IMG/VR virus record: IMGVR_UViG_3300050343_000281
Coordinates: 1-64,000 of that record
Source: a virus
Direction: 5' to 3' (one strand)
Length of the DNA: 64,000 nt
The position numbers and the translations under genes are program-made. The notes under the pieces were generated by a model, which was not told the DNA's origin, made no database searches, and saw only the letters and a list, made by a program, of their open reading frames with translations. Positions 58,701 through 64,000 of the stretch are shown here, piece after piece (position 1 is the first letter of the stretch; each line of letters starts with the position of its first letter).

Positions 58701-58803
58701 ATACCTTAACGTAAAATTCCAACATGCAGTAGCTAGAGAAGGATTTAGAGTATTGGGAGTAACCACAGTAGTAAGAGCTGTATCAGATAGGGGATATAGA
58801 TAA
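52708..58803 (+). CDS. Tail nozzle / tubular protein B-like, greatly expanded (2031 aa)
   Basis: ADNINIDEMGVITPRRG start; RLYYSKLLQPEAVP; RGRYLNVKFQH end; internal repeats. Confidence 0.75.
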   Translation: MSQRSNTIKAAGLYTFLSELQAPEGSLVKADNINIDEMGVITPRRGFGDYGEELPNTSQTVKQLLEYKNRILRHYNGKLEFDDGNGVFTPFLETIEEVEPGLRIKSKQVNSNLYFTSSEGIKKLSAKTSADLSNINIDNAGVPKAVDLTAKVSPASTALGFLPPRSKVGYKILYGYRDLNNVLILGAPTSITVVTNAERDIPTPEQFSITFQEGTSAEQDFISTEGIGKYFTISTLDIDYYVWYNIADIGDSETATERPEDEDTFGKIPIQVNVNKTDTNEKIAAKTANVLNNELSSQFEVIFLGNKITLKSKEDGNIKNATNGNLTANEILLEIILEGNLIEGKNVNCEIETVIPNTIDKDRLPFFIQIYRTRFITATEDQELSDILPGEECNLVHEEAITLEPGQIYTHIDDVTEDFRDRGTPLYNNPFSGEGLLQTNEIPPIAKDIENFNNYTFYSNTKTFHRSQFRFISVDDFKNEETAIFIGNEDILNQYVFRGVQEQTTITCGTKANTAESVIEENQLVFKNPNLNYLKDTAEFQVAVDNGIVSSSSASLAIFENYLADAPSLNTLNFYEIVNNQLILKNNNIEIFNEEIKSISIYQNYLATLSLRGDPPNTDGVLRLYEIIKDPVTEDIILNGAGFSTFDSNVLSNNSVLSIFNDTVVHTNEDGDNIFIHKIQNNTINPTPDLIIDNQTITDLKISSLSLYQDLLLVGGEKTLLIDISDLQNIVIKNEINTEMQESFVSIQGSYALVSNVLSSGSNDSFTNAGEVKVYKINTNNQLNLLTTLYSPIEIDSGSFGRSVDVYNNYIIIGQRKRTLPSGEGNSFLFRINNDDSIELIDVQSSSDETQTTSFGEMVRLYDDKIAVGTTGPVGAPGTHLFQIKNSEYLPIESTQQNPAYLKIYSREDENKYYLWYNLGQGVDPSTLDNTLEDFTGIEVNITENDNFTEILESTKESLEVFSDFQINTVNLLESFLAKQSTNIFNKENHGLVTNTKVIYKDKNCNAIPIDNNNFKLYDIDSSSEIKVGSILTEVLQNPLDHRLEKDNHGLQNGNSVTYNNIDYIVTKATENHFKLLEDDGQEVEIPGIVLENVTVTSNEFASNGHGLLNNDFVRLIGTVDDPSKDGEYFVINTMTDTFQLSITEGGPAETFTDTSNLTLYSLEEIDIQVNDNSSTIEITTPFRLNVKNSNAGQSTGIENVDQTEVEVVNVSQGLSSYINLYSAEDTIHYYIWFNKGNSIDPLVNQAIGIEVDISSELIADSENVSVYLRQALLDNLDFFVTLTNPSGGVIVTNSENGESTNSSTFENIETDIGNGWAITTDIEGIGEDTSTQSCKWSINPSIAISIEETARSFVRVVNRDVDSPVNAFYLSGEEDIPGLILLENRNVEDKPFYVGVRNTGNIGKDISTEFDPALPFAEGKLGTEITVGDIVKLLGEDIIRVSFEKHGLNVGDEIYFYLGPIDEQSNVDQIKQTFTVIEKIEEGIDPNNNFYLEFSQIIDTTNSPSFYFYKTDQASENEVKPNRLYYSKLLQPEAVPIGNFLDVGSRDFPIERIIALRDTLFVLKTDGIYMLTGFGAPFAVRILDNTSKIIAPDSAVVLNNQIYCLTDDGVASITESGISIISRPIEDRLLEVTGQDFDFRLSTFAVPYDNDKAYILWLPVSSEDTVSKQAYRYNYYERTWTRWTVSATSGVVSNDSILYLGDGERPYTLKERKSRSRLDFSDINFTLQIPPDSVIGETTIRLSNFSKVEVGDVLVQEQYVTIDVYNNLLLKLDLDPLVIPDENEKYEAIKAAPGDNISTKLDQLEQKLISDGINISDRTWIPSAQDLETSTFAEYIRDEFNAFIDELNNENSGTQYKTYSKANQLIQYESIVDSKNTKRPDLNRISVLMPHRFFEGDIEIYKAIKAEIQWNPLHFGDPSAQKQFSKGTVIVDQNNFTKATVSYSSDVSQGFVDIEKQGKGVGYFSSGNYGDSNLYWGGDGNDVPLLNIIPREKQRGRYLNVKFQHAVAREGFRVLGVTTVVRAVSDRGYR

Positions 58804-59210
58804 TGGCAAAAATAAATAACTATAAAGCTATATCTTACGAAGACTATTCAGAAGAAGCTGCTGAAATAATGGAAGACCTTGCTGATATTCTAAATCCTTT
58901 TATGAGGGAAGTGACCGATGTAATAAACGGTAATCTAGATTTTGAGAACTTACAACAAAATATAGTAGAGTTACAAGTTACTGTAAATTCTAATGGAGTA
59001 CCTAATGTAAATAAACTAAATGTAGGGAGATCTTCTGTAAAAGGACTAGATGTCATAAATGCTAGAAATCTTACAAATTCAAGTACTTATCCTACAGCTA
59101 AACCATTTATATCATTTTCTCCAACAACTACGTCAAATGTAGTTACTTTAAATAATATCAGTGGTTTACCAGCTAACAACAAATTTATATTAACAATAGT
59201 AGTATATTAA
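58803..59210 (+). CDS. Virion structural protein
   Basis: Translationally coupled to the nozzle gene. Confidence 0.6.
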   Translation: MAKINNYKAISYEDYSEEAAEIMEDLADILNPFMREVTDVINGNLDFENLQQNIVELQVTVNSNGVPNVNKLNVGRSSVKGLDVINARNLTNSSTYPTAKPFISFSPTTTSNVVTLNNISGLPANNKFILTIVVY

Positions 59211-59220
59211 TTATTTGATT

Positions 59221-59233
59221 TTTAACAACTATA
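59221..59233 (+). promoter_or_regulatory. Putative late promoter motif
   Basis: TTTAACAACTATA. Confidence 0.75.
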
Positions 59234-59265
59234 GGTATATAATATCAATGAAATAGGGTGGAAGA

Positions 59266-60969
59266 GTGTCTAAAAAAACAATTAGAGACCGCAGATTAAC
59301 TGGAGAAAATAGCCTAACCAACGTACTAGCTGGACAAGGTGGAGCTGTGTCTGAAGATCCAACTCAGCCTGGAATTACTGGGACTCCAGAAGATGGTACT
59401 GGTACTTCAGTAAAAACTACTACAAGTACTCAAGCTGGACAGCAACAAGCTGGACAACAGAATCAACAAAAACCTAATATTGCTACAAAAACCCCTAAAC
59501 AACCAGCTAGATCTGGAATGTTCACAAACATAAAACAATTCTTAGAAAAAAATAAACCTGCTGTTCAACAAATGGGAGAACAAGCTGGTAGACAATTTGC
59601 TACTACTGCTGAAAAAGTAAAAGAACAAGCTAAAACAGCAGACATAGGGTACCAAAGAAGATTACAAGAATCACAAGAAGCCATTGGATCTCAATTAACT
59701 GGTGGACAACAAGCTATAGAAACTGCTTTACAAGCTGCACCAGGCCAGTCTACAACACCTGCAGAAGATATTACAACTCCTACAGAACAACCAGAACAAA
59801 GAACTTTGTCTGATTATGCAAAACAAGCTGAAGAATTAGCTGCAAGTACATCCTCTTTAAATTTACAAGATCAAATAAAAAAAGCAGAACAACTACAAAA
59901 ACAATCACAAGGTATTTTAACAGACGCTGGAAGAAGAGATTTACTTAAAGATGTGTTTGGTAGAGGAACTAGACAATATACTAGTGGATCGCAAGCATTA
60001 GATAATTTATTACTTGCTGCAGATCCAAGAGCTGGACAAAGACTAGAAGAGACTATACAAACTTCAGCTAGAGGTTTAGAAGACGTTTCTAGAAGGCAAC
60101 AAGCTGCTGCTGAATCTTTTCAAGCACTGAAACAAAGAGCTGGTGGAGTTGGTGATATATTAGAAAAGCAATCTGAACAAGCCTTGCAACAACAGTTCGA
60201 AGATGCATCAGACTCTCAAGGTGGGTATTTACAGCAAAGAAGTGGTATATTAGGAGATATTATAGCAGGTGCTAATAAACAATTTCAAGATATATATAAA
60301 AATTTACAATATAATTATATAGATAATGACAGGTACTTAACACAAAAGTCGGAAAATCCAGATACCATAAGTTATAATTTTAATGAAAATTTATATGATC
60401 AATATAACTTAGATAAATTGGGATACGATAGAGCAAAGTTTGATAAAATAATAAAAGACTATATGCCAAGAAGCTTATATAAATATAAATCTACAAAAGG
60501 TGAAGATTTGTATAATGATGATCCTGGACATAATAATGATATATGGGTTAGTGGCAAAGAAAGAAGAGAACAAAATAAAGCTGTAGATACTTTTAAAGCC
60601 CAAATAGAAAATTATTTAAACGAAGGAATGTCTCCTGAAATGCAAAAAGTAGACGGACTAGAAATAAATCCATATGCTTTATCAGCTATTAATAGCTACC
60701 TAACAGGACAAGGACAAGCTTCTTTATCTGATCTATTAGCAGGGTCTGATATAGATCCAGAAAAATTTTACGGATTCTCTGCAGAAAATGCAGCTAGAAT
60801 AAATGCTCTTAAGAGATTAAGAGGAGAAGCAGAAGTATTACCAAGTGAAAATTATTTTAGATTAGAAGATTTACAAAATTTATTAGGAAACAAAGGTGGG
60901 TATGAATTAGAAAATTTATACGATGATATACTTTATCCATACCTTAATCCAGATAGACCAAGAAGTTAA
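59266..60969 (+). CDS. Internal virion / ejection protein
   Basis: Q/A-rich helical protein after the tail genes. Confidence 0.6.
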   Translation: MSKKTIRDRRLTGENSLTNVLAGQGGAVSEDPTQPGITGTPEDGTGTSVKTTTSTQAGQQQAGQQNQQKPNIATKTPKQPARSGMFTNIKQFLEKNKPAVQQMGEQAGRQFATTAEKVKEQAKTADIGYQRRLQESQEAIGSQLTGGQQAIETALQAAPGQSTTPAEDITTPTEQPEQRTLSDYAKQAEELAASTSSLNLQDQIKKAEQLQKQSQGILTDAGRRDLLKDVFGRGTRQYTSGSQALDNLLLAADPRAGQRLEETIQTSARGLEDVSRRQQAAAESFQALKQRAGGVGDILEKQSEQALQQQFEDASDSQGGYLQQRSGILGDIIAGANKQFQDIYKNLQYNYIDNDRYLTQKSENPDTISYNFNENLYDQYNLDKLGYDRAKFDKIIKDYMPRSLYKYKSTKGEDLYNDDPGHNNDIWVSGKERREQNKAVDTFKAQIENYLNEGMSPEMQKVDGLEINPYALSAINSYLTGQGQASLSDLLAGSDIDPEKFYGFSAENAARINALKRLRGEAEVLPSENYFRLEDLQNLLGNKGGYELENLYDDILYPYLNPDRPRS

Positions 60970-60970
60970 T

Positions 60971-61057
60971 ATGAAATTATATGCAGATTACTTAAAAGAA
61001 AGAGAAAATATAGAATGTAAATATAATGAATATATATTTGCTACTTATAAAATATAA
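60971..61057 (+). pseudogene. Truncated remnant, possibly of a GNAT-like virion-associated gene
   Basis: MKLYADYLKERENIECKYNEYIFATYKI* followed by AT-rich non-coding sequence. Confidence 0.35.
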
Positions 61058-61129
61058 TATAAAATAAATAAAATTTTATCCGTAATCATTAAGTAATTAT
61101 GTTATAAAAATTAAACAGGAGAATATAAA

Positions 61130-62077
61130 ATGCCTATAGCAGTAGGAACAGCGTTAGCACTATCAGCAGGAGCAAGTGCTTTAGGAAATTACCTTGGAGG
61201 AAAAGCCCAAGAAAGGGGCGCTAAAGCAGCAGCAGCCACCCAGGCTAGAGCACAGGCAAAAATCCAAAAAATGCTAGAAGACATCGGAATACCTTCTGTA
61301 GAAGCTCAACAAATATCTTTAGAAGCTCCAGAATTAGTAGGATTGCTAAATGCAGAACAACTAGAAGATACAGAACTTAAACAAATACAAGAAGATACAA
61401 GGCTTAGAGAAGCTCAAATGGATGCTTTACGTAATCTCCAAACTCTTGGAGAAGTTGGACTATCTCCAGAAGAAAGAGCACAAAGATCTGAAATGTTAAG
61501 ACAGGGTGCTGCTCAAGAACAGGCTAGACAAAAACAAATACTACAAGGAATGGCTCAAAGAGGTACTTTAGATTCTGGAGCATCATTACTAGCTCAACTA
61601 CAATCAAGTTCTGCAGCAGGAGCTGATACGAGAAGACAATCTGAACAAATGGCAGCAGATATAGCAGCTAGAAGACGACAAGCTTTAGCACAAGCTGGAT
61701 CTATGGCTAGTACAATGAGTGCGGAAGATTTTAGAAGAGGAGCTACTACAGCATCTGCACAAGATCAAATAGCGAGGTTTAATGCAATGCAAAGAGCTGG
61801 AACAGCTCAACAAAATTTAGCAGCAAAACAAAATATTGCTAACCAAAAAGCAGATTTAGCTAATCAACAACAAATATATAATAAACAACTACTACAACAG
61901 CGTTATCAAAATGAAATGGATAAAGCTAGAACTTTAGCTGGAGTAGAATCTCAAGGTGCTACACAACAAGCTAATTATAAACTACAACAAGGTTCTGCAC
62001 AAGCTGGAGTGTATTCTGGATTAGGAAATGCAGCTATGACATCAGGATTAGCTTACGCAGATTACAAGAAACCATAA
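61130..62077 (+). CDS. DNA ejection / pilot protein
   Basis: Gly/Ala hydrophobic N-terminus and Q/A-rich helices. Confidence 0.7.
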   Translation: MPIAVGTALALSAGASALGNYLGGKAQERGAKAAAATQARAQAKIQKMLEDIGIPSVEAQQISLEAPELVGLLNAEQLEDTELKQIQEDTRLREAQMDALRNLQTLGEVGLSPEERAQRSEMLRQGAAQEQARQKQILQGMAQRGTLDSGASLLAQLQSSSAAGADTRRQSEQMAADIAARRRQALAQAGSMASTMSAEDFRRGATTASAQDQIARFNAMQRAGTAQQNLAAKQNIANQKADLANQQQIYNKQLLQQRYQNEMDKARTLAGVESQGATQQANYKLQQGSAQAGVYSGLGNAAMTSGLAYADYKKP

Positions 62078-62088
62078 AAAGGAGATAC

Positions 62089-63432
62089 ATGAAAAATCCA
62101 TTTTTAGATCTAATAAACAAAGAAAGAGATGAATACATAACTGCTATTCCAGAAGTAGAAGATGGTATTTTACAAGAAGAGTATCCAACTTTAGATAATT
62201 TACCAGATATAGGATCTAAAGATCCCATAGAAGAGATTAGAAAAGAAGCTGTAGCAAGTTCTGTTCCAAAATTAAGTGAGCAAAAAGGTTTATTAGCTTC
62301 TAATGACGCAGCTAAAACAATAGAAGATGCTGCAGCAAGTCTAGACTTGTCTAAAACAGATGAAGATGTAGAAAGTGACGAGCCTACTAGTGATATGCAA
62401 AAATATAAAAACTTAATAGAAGAGTACAGAGCTAATAGAGAAGGTAGAGCAAAAAAAATAGAAGCTGCTGCAGAACAAGATAGAAAGACAAGGTTACTAA
62501 ACAATCTAAGTAAAGCAATGGCTCAACTAAATACAGGATTAGCATCAGGATATGCTAATATTAAAGTAGATCCTATAGATCTAGGTCCAGCAGATGCAGA
62601 AGCTAAAGTAAGAGCTGCACAGCAAGGGAAATTAGGAGAGTTGTTAACTGAGTATAAGCTACAAAAAACTATGGGACCTGAAACCGAAAGTGCTGCAGAA
62701 AAACTTAAAAGAGAAAAAATGGAAGCTGATAGAGATTATAAAAAAGAACAAATAAGTAAAATAAGAGGCGAAGGAATATATGCTAAGAAAGAAGAAAAAG
62801 AAGACAAAAAGCCTACCATTTTTGAAAAAAAATTAGAAGAAAAAGCAGCAGAAGATTATATAAAAGTTCAACAAGTAGCAGAAGATTCTGTAAAACAAAA
62901 TGCACAATTAGAAGATGCTTTACAGTCTCAATTAAAATTTTCAAAAGACACTGTTTTTGGTACAGGTTTATTGTACTCGGATCTTCCTTTTACTGATAAA
63001 AGCCCTTTTAGGGGATTAAACAGAGAAGCAGAACAATTAGATGCAAAATACAAACAATTAGGCCTAGATAAAATGGTAAAAATGTTTAGCGGTATGTCAA
63101 AAGCAGTAGATTCTGATGCAGAAAGATTAGCTTTTGAAAAAACCACACCTAGTATAAAAAATGATGATGCTACAAATACTCAAATTATTTTAGGAGCTAA
63201 AGCTATTAACTTTAGAAATAAAGTAGAAGCTAAAGCTCAACAAAAATATTTAAAAGAGCACGGAGACTTAAAAGAATATACAAGTCCTATGATGGACACT
63301 CCTACTTCAGTAGTTGTAGATAAAACCGGTAATTTTAAGTTAATACCAACTAAACAATTAGACTTAGCTCAAAAAAATGGCTTTATGACTATTGATAATT
63401 ATGCCAACTCTTTAATATATTCTGATAAATAA
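62089..63432 (+). CDS. Internal virion / ejection protein
   Basis: Position; helical charged protein. Confidence 0.6.
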   Translation: MKNPFLDLINKERDEYITAIPEVEDGILQEEYPTLDNLPDIGSKDPIEEIRKEAVASSVPKLSEQKGLLASNDAAKTIEDAAASLDLSKTDEDVESDEPTSDMQKYKNLIEEYRANREGRAKKIEAAAEQDRKTRLLNNLSKAMAQLNTGLASGYANIKVDPIDLGPADAEAKVRAAQQGKLGELLTEYKLQKTMGPETESAAEKLKREKMEADRDYKKEQISKIRGEGIYAKKEEKEDKKPTIFEKKLEEKAAEDYIKVQQVAEDSVKQNAQLEDALQSQLKFSKDTVFGTGLLYSDLPFTDKSPFRGLNREAEQLDAKYKQLGLDKMVKMFSGMSKAVDSDAERLAFEKTTPSIKNDDATNTQIILGAKAINFRNKVEAKAQQKYLKEHGDLKEYTSPMMDTPTSVVVDKTGNFKLIPTKQLDLAQKNGFMTIDNYANSLIYSDK

Positions 63433-63443
63433 AGGAAATGTAA

Positions 63444-64000
63444 ATGAAAAATGATCAAGAAAAGTTAACATTCTTAGATGAAGATATATTAAATGAAACA
63501 AAAAGAGAGCCTTTAGAAGAAGATACTTTAACTTTTTTAGATGAAGGTGTTGAAAGTTTTTCACAAGATGTAATAGATAAAGATAAAATGAACATAGTAG
63601 AAGCATTGTCTAGAGCGGGAGTTAGTGGAGCTGCTCTTGGTCTTGCTCCCTTTGTTGGAGGAGCAGGAGAAGCTGGAAAAGTATTAGAAGATTTTGCAAG
63701 TCCCTCTGGTGAACCAGCTACTTATAAAGGTATGCCTATGGGTAAACCTAAATCTAAAGAAGAAATAAGAAAATTTAAAGATTATTCTGATCTTTTGTCT
63801 CAACTAAAAGAAGCTTATTATAAAGGAAGAGATGAAACAATAGAAAAAGAAAAAGAAGCAATAGAAGACTATCCAGTATTAGGTACTGGAGCTTTAATAG
63901 CAGGGTCAATACCTACTACAATATCTACTGGTGGATTAGCTGGTGGAGGAAGAGCTGCTCAATTAGCTAGTAAAGTACTACCAAAAGCTGAAAGTTTAAC
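63444..64000 (+). CDS. Large internal virion protein, N-terminal part (runs off window)
   Basis: Manual translation MKNDQEKLTFLDEDIL...; Gly/Ala segments; appears open to the window end. Confidence 0.6.
   Translation, partial: MKNDQEKLTFLDEDILNETKREPLEEDTLTFLDEGVESFSQDVIDKDKMNIVEALSRAGVSGAALGLAPFVGGAGEAGKVLEDFASPSGEPATYKGMPMGKPKSKEEIRKFKDYSDLLSQLKEAYYKGRDETIEKEKEAIEDYPVLGTGALIAGSIPTTISTGGLAGGGRAAQLASKVLPKAESL

Larger units (their letters stand above)
1..64000. mobile_element. Tailed dsDNA bacteriophage genome segment (podovirus-like Caudoviricetes)
   Basis: TerL-portal-scaffold-capsid-adaptor-nozzle-ejection gene order on +; replication and early genes on -; no host housekeeping operons, tail sheath or tape measure gene. 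Confidence 0.96.

Noticed and set aside
29203-63606. Short minus-strand ORFs inside structural genes (e.g. 33764, 38034, 44251, 57735, 62034)
   Set aside because: Antisense shadows of long + strand genes
1-64000. tRNA genes, integrase, reverse transcriptase/DGR, alternative genetic code
   Set aside because: No cloverleaf or relevant motifs seen by eye; long genes read through cleanly with the standard code

Overview
This window is part of an AT-rich, podovirus-like tailed dsDNA phage genome with two divergent arms. The minus-strand arm (1-27.4 kb) carries early and replication genes: PolA, primase-like protein, DnaB-like helicase, Sak annealase, Cas4-like nuclease, DenV-like glycosylase, DEDDh exonuclease and a SAM lyase-like protein. 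It also carries host-like genes (cytochrome c, rhodanese, PhaR-like regulator) and is driven by sigma70-type promoters. The plus-strand arm (27.5-64 kb) carries terminase, portal, scaffold, capsid, fibre, adaptor, nozzle and ejection genes, preceded by a repeated motif TAACAACTATA that is probably the late promoter. A Bdellovibrionota host is an inference from gene types. The most unusual signals are: (1) seven sigma54 -24/-12 boxes packed in both orientations into 147 bp (24514-24660), a layout that fits a sigma54-RNAP decoy better than working promoters; (2) a highly base-paired ~370-nt non-coding RNA candidate (~23240-23610) behind a late-promoter motif and antisense to the early arm; (3) an intact vanadium haloperoxidase among the virion fibre genes; (4) a shared FSKI[KR] peptide in four unrelated small basic late proteins. 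All protein family calls come from motif recognition, not database searches.
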